From the NCBI GenBank assembly GCA_963735035.1, contig CAVTJJ010000005.1, positions 45,193 through 109,192 on the forward strand: a stretch of 64,000 nucleotides of DNA. The letters are read 5' to 3'. The position numbers and the translations under genes are program-made. This stretch comes from an uncultured candidate division Zixibacteria bacterium (lineage in GTDB: Bacteria; Zixibacteria; MSB-5A5; GN15; FEB-12). Positions 1-11,065 of the stretch are shown one piece after another; the stretch's first letter is position 1; the number at the start of each line of letters is the position of its first letter. Under the pieces are notes generated by a model. That model made no database searches. It was given only the letters and a program-made list of their open reading frames with translations, and was not told the origin of the DNA.

Positions 1-2103
1 GTCTTCCGGATTTCGGTCAGAGCGCCGTCCTCATTGCCAAGCACAGACCGGTTGAAATCCTGCGGAGTAAAGTAGTAGACGCCTACTCCTGGAACATTGA
101 GCGGGTGACTTCGAGGATAGCTGGCCGGATCCCAGGTAGTGCTGTTGCAACTGTCAGGCGCGTAGAGACAGCGTAATTGCTGAAGCGTGAATGGTGACGT
201 CTTCAACCTGAAAGCCTTGGCGGATTCATCGTATTCCCAGCGGTTATAGTCTTGAATGTCATAAGATGCGATGGTTGAGTAACTGCCACCCCGGTCGTCG
301 CGCGCTACGTAAACCCGGTACCCTTCAAAATCAATCAGGCGCGAGAATACATCCGGCGTGTTTTCCGAGCGGACTCCGTTCCACCTGACAATCAACTGCG
401 ACACACTGGCTTCGAGCCGAAGGCCTTTGTGGCGAACCCCATTAGCATCGGTGGTGCTATAGCTTGAAGGTGCTGGCGGGGGAGTGGCACCCATGAAATC
501 CGGTACGCCGTCACCTTTACGCCAGACCGTGTCATTGATTTCGTAATCGTAGAAGCATTGGGTGATGGGATTGGGCGGATGAGCTGTGTCCCAACCGATG
601 GTATCGCAGTGATTGAGGGTGGAGTCGCCGCCCTGGCAGAGCGTAAATTCACCAGCGTAACCATCGCTGTCAGTGTCAACACCGGGATTGTCATAAACCC
701 ATTCCGCCCAGGTGGCGTTGGAGCCAAGGGAATCGAAATTCAGGCCCTCATACCAACCGTCGGGATTGAAAGGTAAGTTGCTGAAGTTCTGGCCAGTCTT
801 ATGGAAATTCATCCCGGCAACGTAGGCCAAAGAAATCGGAAGAGTTTGACCGGGCTCGATATCAAACGGGCCAAAAGACAGAAGGTAACGGGTGTCCAGC
901 CCTTTCGCCCACAGAGTGTCCTCGGGAGAGGGCGGCTCAAACCACGTGGAATCGGTGTTAGAAATCAAGGCAGTCCTGGCCTGGTCAAAATCGAATTCGC
1001 CGTTACTGAGGAGAAAGTACTTGTTATTGTCCCCTGTCGGGGTTCCCGTTCCACCATGTCGGTAGACTCGACGGTGGCCAATCGACTGTGGACCATAGTC
1101 CAAGCGGGTGTCTTGATTGCTAACCCACCAGTTGAAAGAGACTTCGAGTGAATCGGACGGTGTCCGTACAATACGCATCGCTGTCACGTTGGGGACAGTC
1201 TGGTATACCGGAGTCAGCTGGTTCAGGTCGCCGTCGTTATCAGCAGTCCAGGCGATATTGACAACGTCTGAATCTGGTTTGCAGGGAGGTTCAAGATAGA
1301 GCGCGGGCTGCTTTTCGCGGAAACCGTTCAAGTCGTCCTGGGCGCCGTTATTTTGATTGGCTTCATCATGGATGTCAGCGTCAACGTAGAAGCCCATAAA
1401 GACGCGCCGGAGGCGGTCCTCGCCAATGTTCTTGACGCCAAAGTCAAAAAGCACGAAGTCCTGAGCGTAAGAGTATGACCAGGCGTAGGTGCTCTGAGAG
1501 ACCTCAAGATATAGCGGGCGGTGTGCGCTGCCGGATACCTCATCGGTGCTAACACCGAAGCAGCCAGTGCCAGCGCCGGAGCACGTGTCGCGGTACTTAC
1601 AGATATAGTCTTCCTCAGAAACAGCTCCGTCGTAGATGTCGCTGGTTGGATCAATAGTTGAACGACGAATCATCTTGCCGCCAAACTCAGCGAAGTCGGG
1701 GTGCCATTCGTTGCCGGCAATTGTAACCAGCCGTCAGCTCCGGTGGAGACCAGGGTATCGTTTCCCAAAATGGCGCCAATCCAGAGCGCTCCACCAAAAC
1801 AATACCTGGTACGGCTTCCTTTGGGGACTTCACAGTACGGCAATGTGACGCTGGTAAAACAGTCAGTTGACGTACCAACGTTCAGTCCGGTGGCAAAAGT
1901 GCCTGAGTTTGATATACCCAGCGACATCCGGCCAATGTGATGATAAGTGTTACAGTACGCCGGAGTACCCACAGTCAGAGTGCTCGGCTCGGGGAGTTGG
2001 GTTCTGGAGAGCATTCGCAGGTTCGTCCTTCAACTACGGAAAAACCGCACATCAGCACCAGGCATCCTATGACGCTGGCCTTGGTAAGAAAGTTTCTTGC
2101 CAT
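1..2103 (-). CDS. Large secreted/surface protein of unknown function, runs off the window start, interrupted by two apparent frameshifts (~1990-2030 and ~1720)
   Basis: ATG at 2103 gives a signal peptide (MARNFLTKASVIGCLVLMCGFSVVEG). The protein-like sequence continues in ORF 1670..2014 (..PKGSRTRYCFGGALWIGAILGNDTLVSTGADGW) and then in a further frame (IAGNEWHPDFAEFGG..GPFDIEPGQTLPISLAYVAG..DFEGYRVYVARDD..) that appears open to base 1. Confidence 0.75.
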
Positions 2104-2407
2104 TACCTAGTCCTTGAAAGTCCTTGATAGCATTGATCTAAGAACGTTTTGCCACCACATTCTGTGCAAAACATCCACACCGTAATTCTGTAATAGAACT
2201 ACCGCTGGGACAGGAAAGCAAGCCTTTTTTGACGACAGATCGCACCACCCGGTTCACTATGTCTCTGAGGGGGTTACCTCATGTCGCCAAACGTCAAAAT
2301 GTCAGGCATTCGGGTGGCGCGGATGGTCCACCAAGAATCTTTACCTGCCAGCCCTAATTATGAGGCGGCACACTGTGCGATGTCTAACCTGACGTTTTCG
2401 GCGGACG

Positions 2408-3842
2408 CTATTTCTGCGCCGGGATAGCCACGTCAATTCTGGTCACGGCTCCAAAACCGAGCGAATCGAGCGGGATATCGAAATCCTTGGCGTTGCCGAC
2501 TACCAATATCTTGAGGGCGTCCGGGTGCAGGTTCTTCTTGGCCGCCGCTTCAACGCTTCCAGCCGTCACGGTCTCGACCCGCTCTTTGACAGTCTGGAGG
2601 AAGTTCTCCGGAATACCGTAGAAGTCATATTCCATTATCCGATTGACTATTTCTGACCGCGAGTCGAACTGGAAGACAAATGAGTTCAAGTAGCTGTCCT
2701 TGCCCTGACTGAGTTCTTCGTCAGTCGGTGGTTCGGTTTGCATGCTCTTGATGACCTTGGTCATCTCCTGAATCGCCTTTCCGGTAGAACGTGATTTGGT
2801 CGCGGCGTAACTTCGGAAAGTGCCCGGGCGTTCGAGCCCGGCGGAATAGGCCGAAACCGTAGAGTAAGCCAGTCCTTCCCGCGATCTGATTGCGTCGACC
2901 ATCCTGCTGCCGAAGCCAACACCCAGTATATTGTTCATTACGATGAGGTCGGCGTAGTCGGGATCGGTCATGAAGCCACCGATGTGACCGATTAGAACCT
3001 GTGATTGGTTAAGGTCGGGCTTATCGACCAGGTACACTCCGGGCTTATATTGGTAATCAACTTTCGGAGGAGCAGGGACTTTTGTCCCACCGGCTTTCCA
3101 ATTGCCAAAGCGCTGCTCCAACAGTTTCAGGATTGAGGCCTTATCGAAATCGCCCCAGATGGCAATTTGGATGTTCTCCGGGTGGAACCAGGCTTTGTGA
3201 AACGCGAGCAAGTCGTCCCGGGTGATGGCGTCGACGGTCGCATACTCCGGGTACCGGGCGTAGGGCGATTCAGTTCCGAACATCAGCTTTGCGAATTCCC
3301 GACCGCCGATCTGCGCCGGCTGGTCGTTTCGACGGGCGATACCCGACCTGAGGGCTACCCGCGACAGTTCCAGCTTGTCGGCATCGAAGATCGGGTTGCG
3401 AAGCACGTCGGAAAGGACCTCAATTCCTATGCGGAAGATTGTCGCTCAGCACCCGGACCGAGGCGCCACAGGCGGTGGTTCCGCCGTAGGTCTCGACACT
3501 TCCGCCGATACTTTCGAGCAGCTCGTCGAGGGCGTCACCGGTTCGAGTGGAAGTTCCGCCGGTGCGGAGAACCTCACCGAGAATCGATACCAGGCCGATT
3601 TTGTCGGCCGGTTCCAGATAGGCGCCGCAGTTGATCCGCACTGACATCCGGAACAGGGGCAGTTCATGGTCTTCCACCATGTAGAGGCGGAGTCCGTTGG
3701 CGAAGGTGTGTCTGGTTACATCCGGAATAACGACGTCATGAAGTTTGGGATACTTGAGCTGGGCAATTTCGGTCGGGGACTGGGCGTTAACAGAGGAAAT
3801 CAATACCAGCGTGACGGCCACAATAAGAAGTAGTTTTTTCAT
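2408..3842 (-). CDS. M16 (pitrilysin/insulinase) family peptidase, non-catalytic subunit, frameshift at ~3431
   Basis: Signal peptide, then 'HTFANGLRLYMVEDHELPL'. ORFs 3420..3851 and 2408..3406 join as ..DNLP/IGIEVLSDVLRNP if one base is removed. C-terminal 'SRMVDAIRSREGLAYS' is typical of M16. No HxxEH motif. Confidence 0.88.
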
Positions 3843-3857
3843 ATCAGCCAACCTCTA

Positions 3858-5360
3858 TTAACTCTGTTTCGTTTCCAGCATGACCACTGTACGGTTCTGC
3901 CGAGTGAGATATTTGTTAGCCACGCGCATTATGTCTTCGGTCGTGACGGCGTTGATGCGATCGAGTTGGCGAAACATCTTCCGCCAGTCACCGAAGTACT
4001 GCTGGTTTGTCGTCAGTTGCCTGGCAATACCGGAGTTTTCGGAGAGCCGACTAATGAATGAGGCGCGGGCCCGGGTCTTGACTTTGTCCAGATCGGCCGC
4101 CGTCATGGGGACTGTCTTAACTTTCTCGATTTCAGCCATAATCGCCGCTTCACATTCCAAATTCGAATGACCGTTGGAAGGCTCAGCCTCGGCGACTATA
4201 AGAGTGGGGTATTTCCAGCCGACACCGCCACTGCTGATATCGACACTGGTCGCTATCTTCTTTTCTTTGACCAGGCTCTTGTACAAGAGAGAAGTGCGCC
4301 CGCCTCCGAGATAGTCACACATCGCATCAATAGCAGCTACGTCCGGATGCGTAATATCCGGCATGTGCCAGGCGGCCATATACTGAGGCTGCGACGGGTC
4401 CTCAATCACCATGCGGCGTTCGCCCAACTGCGCCGGTTCTACCGTGACGATTCGTTCCGGGGCGGGGCGATAGGGAATGCGACCCCAGTATTTGTCGGCC
4501 ATCTGGAAGACTTCGTCGGCCTTGACGTCCCCGACTATCGCGGCAACCAGATTCGAGGGGCCATAATACTTCTGGAAGAACTGGACGGCTGCCGCGCGGG
4601 TAAGATTCTGGATATCGGACATGTGTCCGATTCCCCGGATGCCGTATGGATGCGCTTTGAAGGCGAGGCCAATCAATTCCTCGTACATCTTTCCGGAAGG
4701 GCTGTTTTCCACGCGCATGCGACGTTCTTCGGCTACGACATCGCGCTCTTTGTACATCTCGCGCAGGACCGGGTGCAGGAACCGTTCGGAATCCATTGCC
4801 ATCCAAAGTTCGAGCTTGTTCGATGGCAGGCTATAATAGTAGCTGGTATTGTCCGGGCCGGTGCCGGCGTTAATCCCGGTAGCTCCCTCGCGTCGGAGAA
4901 TCTCCTGGTAGGCGTTTGGCTCGACCTGTTCGAAGGCCGCCTTGCGGGCAGATTCGAAGGCCTTGGACAGCGTCGCCAGACGCATCGAATCAAGCAACGG
5001 CCCTTTAAGGCGCTCGGCGCGCAATTCCATGGCGAGAGAATCCTCGACCGCCATCAGCTTGAGTTCGAGATCGATGTTCTTGCTTCCGAGGGTGGTTGTG
5101 CCCTTGAATGCCATGTGCTCAAACATGTGAGCCAGGCCGGTAAACTCTTTGGGGTCGTCCACCGATCCGACATTGGCCAAAATCACGAACGAGACGACCG
5201 GGGCATCGTGTCGTTCCAGCACAATGAATTTCATCCCGTTTTCCAAAGTGTGCTCTTTGACCGAGTTCTCCAGTTTGCCGAGATCGAAAGACTGGGCAGC
5301 AAGTAACGTGGGGAGGGTCAGAACAGCGGCGAGTAAGAGAATCCAATTCCTGCGAACCAT
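3858..5360 (-). CDS. M16 family zinc peptidase, catalytic subunit
   Basis: Inverted zincin motif GLAHMFEHMAFKG, 'ERDVVAEERRMR', signal peptide, RBS GGAGG. Confidence 0.93.
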   Translation of the reverse strand: MVRRNWILLLAAVLTLPTLLAAQSFDLGKLENSVKEHTLENGMKFIVLERHDAPVVSFVILANVGSVDDPKEFTGLAHMFEHMAFKGTTTLGSKNIDLELKLMAVEDSLAMELRAERLKGPLLDSMRLATLSKAFESARKAAFEQVEPNAYQEILRREGATGINAGTGPDNTSYYYSLPSNKLELWMAMDSERFLHPVLREMYKERDVVAEERRMRVENSPSGKMYEELIGLAFKAHPYGIRGIGHMSDIQNLTRAAAVQFFQKYYGPSNLVAAIVGDVKADEVFQMADKYWGRIPYRPAPERIVTVEPAQLGERRMVIEDPSQPQYMAAWHMPDITHPDVAAIDAMCDYLGGGRTSLLYKSLVKEKKIATSVDISSGGVGWKYPTLIVAEAEPSNGHSNLECEAAIMAEIEKVKTVPMTAADLDKVKTRARASFISRLSENSGIARQLTTNQQYFGDWRKMFRQLDRINAVTTEDIMRVANKYLTRQNRTVVMLETKQS

Positions 5361-5553
5361 CGGCTACCTCCAAAAGAGGGTTGTCTATCATTTCAGGTTC
5401 ATGAAGGAACAGACAGGAGGCATGACCGTCAAGTGTCAAATGACCCAAACGGGGACCGAGAATTCTGTGAGAGACAATATTTTGTGGGAAGAAATTGCCT
5501 GGGTGGCGGTAACCAGGGTGAAGAATCGAATTGATACAGGAAAGGAGCATACC

Positions 5554-7525
5554 ATGAGCCCCCGGTCTATCGTCATCAGTCTGTTGGCGCTGTCATTGTT
5601 CATATTTTCCGCCGTCCAGGCAGGGGAGAAGTCCAAAACCGGCAGCATCAGTGGCTGCATTACCGACCCGGTTACGGGACTTCCGGTGATCAACGCCAAG
5701 GTTACTATTATAGAAACGTATCAGGAAGCGACGACCGACTCATCCGGCTGCTTCGACTTTGTTGGTGTCGCCCCCGGTCAGTACCATCTTTCAATTACTC
5801 ATGCCAATTTTGGCACTATTAAAGGTCTGGTCGAGTTGACGGTCAAAGTGAGTGCTGAAAAGACCTCGAAGCTCTCGCTCTCTTTGGCCTCACAGAGTGT
5901 GAAGCAGGGAGGCATAGTACAGGACTCGCGCGGTGATATGAACAAGACTATAGACGTTTTGGGTGTCGACCGGTTACCGAGCACATCCCCCAAACTTAGC
6001 GCGCCTCAGTTAGAATCATTCGATAGAGTTCCACAGGGTAGTTCTTATGCTCCGAAGTGCGCTCCGGCTCCATATTACGAACCCCCGATGGATTACAACC
6101 AGCCGCCGCAGGACATGTTCTTCCGCGACTATGGCACCAACGGGTTTGTCGACACGCGGCGGGATCGGTTTTCGACCTTCGCGATCGACGTGGACGACGT
6201 CTCATATAATATCGTCCACCGCTATCTCCAGGACGGCCTGATGCCGCCTTCGGACGCAGTCCGGGTCGAAGAATTCATCAACCATTTCAATTACGGCTAC
6301 AACGGACCGGTCGATGAAACCTTCCGCGTCTTCACCGAAATCACCAATTCCCCGTTCGAACGCGATCGTTACATCATGAAGCTGGCTGTGAAAGGTCGGG
6401 AAATCGCAAAATCCGAGCGGAGCCCGTTGAATATCACTTTCGTCATTGACGTTTCAGGCTCGATGAACGAAGGTGACCGTTTCGATCTCGTGCGCGAATC
6501 TATCAAGACCCTGGCCCGGCAGCTCAATAGCCGCGATCAAGTGGGAATCGTGGCCTACGGCAGTCAGGCTTATGTGGCCCTCGACCCTGTTTCGGGCAAT
6601 CGCAGCGGTGAAGTCTGGTCGGTAGTCGACCGTTTGGAACCGGGCGGATCGACCTATGCCGAGGCGGGGATTCGCCTCGGGTACGAGATGGCCAACAATC
6701 AGTATGTGAACGGACATAATAATGTGATCGTGCTGTGCAGTGACGGCGTCGCCAACGTTGGACGCACCAGCCCTGAAGCCATCATGAACGAAGTTCAGCG
6801 TTTCGCCCGTAAAGGTATCACTCTTTCAACGTTCGGCTACGGCATGGGTAACTACAACGATGTCTTGCTCGAACAACTCGCCACCAAAGGCAATGGTCGT
6901 TACGCCTACATCAACAACGATGAGGATATCCGTACTGCCATGGTTGACAATTTCGTGAGCAATCTTCAGGTGCTTGGCACGGGACGTCAAGATTCAGGTC
7001 GAATTCGACCCGAAGAGTGTGGCCGCTTATCGTTTGCTTGGTTACGAGAACCGCGCCGTCGCAGACAGCAAATTTCGCGATAACCGTCAGGACGGCGGGG
7101 AAGTCGGCGCCGGACACGAAGTGACCGCGGTGTACGAACTTGAACTGAACCACGGAGCCAAATCAGGTTCACTGGCTACAGTCAATGTGCGGTGGAAGAA
7201 CGCCGAAGGCACCGAAGTATTTGAACTCGCCCGCGAAGCCCGGATGAACGAACATTATACGTCATTCGACCAGTCCCGTCCGGAACTCCGGCTGGCGGCT
7301 GTAGCGTCAAGGTTTGCCGAGATGCTCAAGGGCACCAAATACGCGGACAATACTTCGTTTGAGACGCTTTCCCGAATGGGTGAATCGCTTCGACAGGACC
7401 TGCCAGGTGAACAGGCCGATGATTTGCTCGATATGATTCACCGCGCAGGTAGTCTATCTGACCGTCACGCCGAACGCGATGACCGGGACGACGATGACTA
7501 CGGCGACATCAACTACAAACGGTAG
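5554..7525 (+). CDS. YfbK-like VWA-domain protein (carboxypeptidase-regulatory-like N-terminus, VWA, DUF3520-like C-terminus), frameshift at ~6975
   Basis: AAGGAG RBS before ATG 5554, signal peptide, 'STFAIDVD', '[10 protein letters not shown]', MIDAS 'DVSGSM', 'SDGVANVG'. Removing one base gives [14 protein letters not shown], joining ORF 6974..7525. Confidence 0.88.
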
Positions 7526-7660
7526 AGTTCTGGCGATTGCTGCTTTCCTGTCGCGGCAGGTTTCTCGTCACCCGAGGTGGTGTGAGACCTGCCGCTTTTC
7601 ATTTGCTCATCATACCGGTTGTTGCGTATTCTTCGATGAACGCACGAAGGAGAATTAGTT

Positions 7661-8008
7661 ATGCCGATATTCAAGTATGAAAAGATCAGGCTCCAGAATA
7701 TCCAGATGGACGGAGTTGACCGGACCTCCAAGGCGAACGTAATCGGCCCACAAGAGGGCTGGAAAGACCACACCTTGCGCGTCTTCCGTATAGCCCCAGG
7801 TGGATGTACCCCACTTCACCAGCACGACTGGGAACATTTCAATTATATCATCAAGGGGAGGGGGACTTTGACAATTGGAGAGGAGACGCACAAAGTTAAG
7901 GAACATGACTTTGCGGTCGTGCCGTCAAATACGATGCACCAGTTCCGGAACCCGTACGAACAGGATTTCGAGTTTATCTGTATCGTGCCCGACCGCGGCG
8001 CGTATTGA
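7661..8008 (+). CDS. Cupin domain protein
   Basis: Cupin motifs 'TPLHQHDWEH' and 'VPSNTMHQFRN', RBS AAGGAG. Confidence 0.9.
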   Translation: MPIFKYEKIRLQNIQMDGVDRTSKANVIGPQEGWKDHTLRVFRIAPGGCTPLHQHDWEHFNYIIKGRGTLTIGEETHKVKEHDFAVVPSNTMHQFRNPYEQDFEFICIVPDRGAY

Positions 8009-8019
8009 GTTGTAGTCGT

Positions 8020-8424
8020 TTACAGCTTCTCGACTCGAAAATTCGCTGTGCCGTCAAAATCGCTGAAGATAATTCGTATCTTCCAAGTCCCGGCCACTCC
8101 GAACGCACTCTGCTCGGTACCACTGGCCTTCAGAGAGCTTGTATAGACCTGCTGATTGTTGGCGTCGAATATGGTAACCACGGCCGTACCGCCCGTAAGA
8201 GCGGTCGCATGATTGATAGTGCCTCGGGTACCCGAATTCACCCAGGAATAATTGAGCGTGGTGCTGACATTCTTGGCGTGGGTGATCTGGAACTGGAAAG
8301 CATCGGCGTGGTTGACGACCTCGGGTTGATACGAGGCAATCGGATTTGTCTTGTCACTGCAGCCGCCGAGGACGAAGATGGCGATCAAGGCCGAGGCTAT
8401 GATTGAGTAGATTTTCACTTTCAT
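8020..8424 (-). CDS. Hypothetical lipoprotein
   Basis: Lipobox 'VLGGC' after a hydrophobic segment, RBS AGGAG. Confidence 0.8.
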   Translation of the reverse strand: MKVKIYSIIASALIAIFVLGGCSDKTNPIASYQPEVVNHADAFQFQITHAKNVSTTLNYSWVNSGTRGTINHATALTGGTAVVTIFDANNQQVYTSSLKASGTEQSAFGVAGTWKIRIIFSDFDGTANFRVEKL

Positions 8425-8542
8425 GATTGGTTCTCCTGTCGTCACAAGTCATAGCTTAAATGATATCATAATTCATCTATTTTAACTACAAAAGCTGTCC
8501 GGCGGTTCCTTTGATTCATGGGGCTCTCTCGGCTATCGAGCA

Positions 8543-8713
8543 GTCATCGCGAGGCTCCGACTTGTTTGGGGCCGCGGCGAACTCGACTTCGTGGGCGGCA
8601 CACGTCCCGTGTGCCCCTGAGGGGCAGACCAGGAGGTCTGCCGCCCACTTCACTTTGAGATTTCCGCGCTACACTGACCCGCCTGACGGCGTGCCATCTC
8701 CACTCGCTATGAC
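8543..8713. repeat. Nested palindromic REPIN/MITE-like element, copy 1
   Basis: Outer inverted repeat GTCATCGCGAG..CTCGCTATGAC enclosing a GTGGGCGGCA..TGCCGCCCAC doublet. Closely similar to 12954-13125. Confidence 0.85.
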
Positions 8714-8756
8714 GTCTTGGTGGATTTCTTCGACAAACCCTATGCGGTTCACGCAC

Positions 8757-8787
8757 AAAAAAAGACCGGGTCGAAACCCGGTCTCTT
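8757..8787 (-). terminator. Rho-independent terminator of RRM gene 1
   Basis: Minus strand AGACCGGG-TTTCGA-CCCGGTCT followed by a T run. Confidence 0.85.
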
Positions 8788-8833
8788 GTCTTGGCAGGTC
8801 GGCTTAAGGGCCGACCGATCTCGTTACTAATTA

Positions 8834-9133
8834 TTAGTAACGACGGCTGCCGCCGCCGCTGCCGCCACGATTACCGCCGCCACCGCCTTCGGTTTTCGGG
8901 CGCGCTTCGTTGACGTTCAACGTGCGACCGTTGAGGTCCTGACCGTTGAGGCCTTTGATGGCCGCAATCGCTTCAGTTTTTCCGGCCATTTCAATAAAGC
9001 CGAAGCCTCTTGATTCGCCGCTGAATTTGTCCTTCACGATGCTGGCGCTGGTGACTTCACCGTACGCACCAAACATCTGACGCAATTGATCTTCGGTCGC
9101 TTCAAACGACAGATTGCCTACGTAGATATTCAT
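8834..9133 (-). CDS. RNA-binding protein, single RRM with Gly-rich tail (RRM-1)
   Basis: RNP2 'IYVGNL', RNP1 'RGFGFIEM', tail 'GGGGGNRGG'. RBS GGAG places the start at ATG 9133. Confidence 0.95.
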   Translation of the reverse strand: MNIYVGNLSFEATEDQLRQMFGAYGEVTSASIVKDKFSGESRGFGFIEMAGKTEAIAAIKGLNGQDLNGRTLNVNEARPKTEGGGGGNRGGSGGGSRRY

Positions 9134-9311
9134 TCTACACTCCATGTTCGTTTATCCGCGGGGAGCATCTCGTCCGTTAGGATTCGCGCTAGTCGCGATA
9201 AACCTGTTGTTGCGCAATATTGCGCTGCGGTTCCGAGATTGGGCTTATGAAGATTTGCGTGAAACAACAAAGTCTAGACAAGAGAACCAGGGAAACCAAT
9301 CGTAACTACTT

Positions 9312-9340
9312 ACTATATCGGCGAAAGTTGAATAAGTCAA
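9312..9340 (-). promoter_or_regulatory. sigma70-type promoter of RRM-1
   Basis: TTGACT-N17-TATAGT on the minus strand. Confidence 0.7.
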
Positions 9341-9534
9341 TACATATTATCGACATTCAGGTACTATGTTTCGATCACACAAAGAGACCGATTCGAACCA
9401 AAAGAGCTTCATAGTGCGGGTTTATGGGCCGAAAGCGGCGTCGCGTGCTGTCGGGTGTCCCTGCCTGATGGCTGTTCGACAACGGTCCGTTCCGTCATTT
9501 CGCTCACTTCTCGTTATCCCCGTTCCCACAAACG

Positions 9535-9860
9535 TCATTCCCGGCTTGACCGGGAATCCAAAGGTTGTCGCGAAGGACTACGTCCGTTGCGTCAGAGCCT
9601 GCCCCCGACCAGATCGGGGGTCTTGCGCCGCCAAAGGCGGCGTGTGACCTGACGCGTGCAGATCGCAGCGAACCAAAATACGTCCCGAGTGACGCGACGT
9701 ATTCTGCGGCCACGAGTGGTCATGGATGCCCGACGGAATCGGGCATGACGGCGAAGGGGCTACCCGGCATGTTGTCTCAGAGAACCGGCAGATGTGGACA
9801 TCTGCCGGGCACTTTGTACGCAGGCGAAATCTAATCCCACCCGAAGGGTGGGGCACCCAG
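9535..9860. repeat. Cluster of REP-like hairpins of several families
   Basis: GTCATTCCCGGCTTGACCGGGAATCC, GTGTGACCTGACGC, ATGCCCGACGGAATCGGGCAT, CGGCAGATGTGGACATCTGCCG and CCCACCCGAAGGGTGGG. Several recur elsewhere in the window. Confidence 0.8.
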
Positions 9861-9875
9861 CGAAGGATCGTCGGT

Positions 9876-11045
9876 TTACTTACCGGCGCGCCAGTCGGAG
9901 AGTTTCTTCTCGAACCAGATAGCGGTCGGGTCAAGTGCGAGAGATTCATTGGCCAGCTTGATTGCTTCGTCGGCTTTACCACGCGTGTAGCAGAGTTCGG
10001 CCAGCACCCGAAGATGCGCCGCGCGAAACTTGTCTTCAGTCGCTTTGTCGGTTGCCATGCGAATATAGCGCTCGGCCTCGTCAATATTGATGCCGCGTCG
10101 GAAACACCATTCGCCGAAACGAAAATAGCGCGCCGGATCAGTCTCCCAGCCGTCGCCAAGTGCCAGCTTCTTGATCCGCAGCGCCTCGGTGGTATCGTTC
10201 AGAGAATGAAGTGCAAAGTCGGCCTGAAGATCGCGATTCACATCGATCTCGGCAGATTTCTTCGCTTGGGCGGTCGCGTCGATTCCAGCCTTCAGATATT
10301 TCGCAAGACGGTTGGTATTGCCGGTCTTGCGGGCAACCTGCGCCATCGTTTGTCCCATCTCGCCAAAGTAGTACCGAGTGCCTTCGGGATTGGCGAGCAT
10401 GTCATCCGCCGCCGCAGTCAGACTATCGAACGGCAGCATGTCGCTCCAGACCGCCTCCGCAGTCAGCGAAAAGACACGGTAGTACAGATTGACGCCTGTC
10501 TGCAAGGTCTGTAGTTGGCGCAAGTACGACAGGGCCTTCACGTACTCACGGGAATCCGCATAGTAGTTGGCGAGAAACTGCACGTCGGCATCGCTCGGGG
10601 CGTTCTGACACTTGATCACCCGCTGATCAATCGTCATCCGATCGGCCAGGGCTTTATCCAACAACGTCATGAAACGGTCCGAGCCGGTGTATCCGGTCCA
10701 GCGCGTGATAACGTTTCCGGTCGAGTCGGTCAGGATGAATACCGGGAAGGACGTTCCGATGCGAAACGTTTCAGCCATCGCCGTACCTTCGCCCTGAAGA
10801 ACACTAATGCGATACAGCACGACCGCCTGCAGCTTGGCGATCAGTTCGGGGATTGAATCAAATTCGCGGGTCGCCTGCTGGCAATGGATGCAATCATCGT
10901 GATTGAATTCCAGCAGGACCGGTTTGCCGGTCTGGACCGACAGAGCTTTGGCCTGCTCGAACGATTCGGCCTTTTCAGCCCGCACTGAGCAAGCAAGCAA
11001 GACGGTGACAGTCGTTATCGCAGTAATGAACAGTCTGAATTTCAT
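9876..11045 (-). CDS. Secreted thioredoxin-family protein with C-terminal TPR-like repeats
   Basis: Signal peptide, 'GKPVLLEFNHDDCIHC' (CxxC), cis-Pro region 'SFPVFIL', helical TPR-like C-terminus. Confidence 0.82.
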   Translation of the reverse strand: MKFRLFITAITTVTVLLACSVRAEKAESFEQAKALSVQTGKPVLLEFNHDDCIHCQQATREFDSIPELIAKLQAVVLYRISVLQGEGTAMAETFRIGTSFPVFILTDSTGNVITRWTGYTGSDRFMTLLDKALADRMTIDQRVIKCQNAPSDADVQFLANYYADSREYVKALSYLRQLQTLQTGVNLYYRVFSLTAEAVWSDMLPFDSLTAAADDMLANPEGTRYYFGEMGQTMAQVARKTGNTNRLAKYLKAGIDATAQAKKSAEIDVNRDLQADFALHSLNDTTEALRIKKLALGDGWETDPARYFRFGEWCFRRGINIDEAERYIRMATDKATEDKFRAAHLRVLAELCYTRGKADEAIKLANESLALDPTAIWFEKKLSDWRAGK

Positions 11046-11065
11046 AGATGATACCCGATTGTAGT

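Noticed and set aside
1975..1977. Selenocysteine or stop read-through at the TGA ending the signal-peptide frame
   Set aside because: The protein-like sequence continues in a different frame, so a frameshift explains the break better.
4167..5306. Long antisense ORFs (also 9726..10514, 11771..12418, 20781..21584, 31334..32071, 33962..34753, 40496..41737, 48102..48857)
   Set aside because: Shadows of well-supported genes on the opposite strand in GC-rich DNA, with no recognisable motifs.
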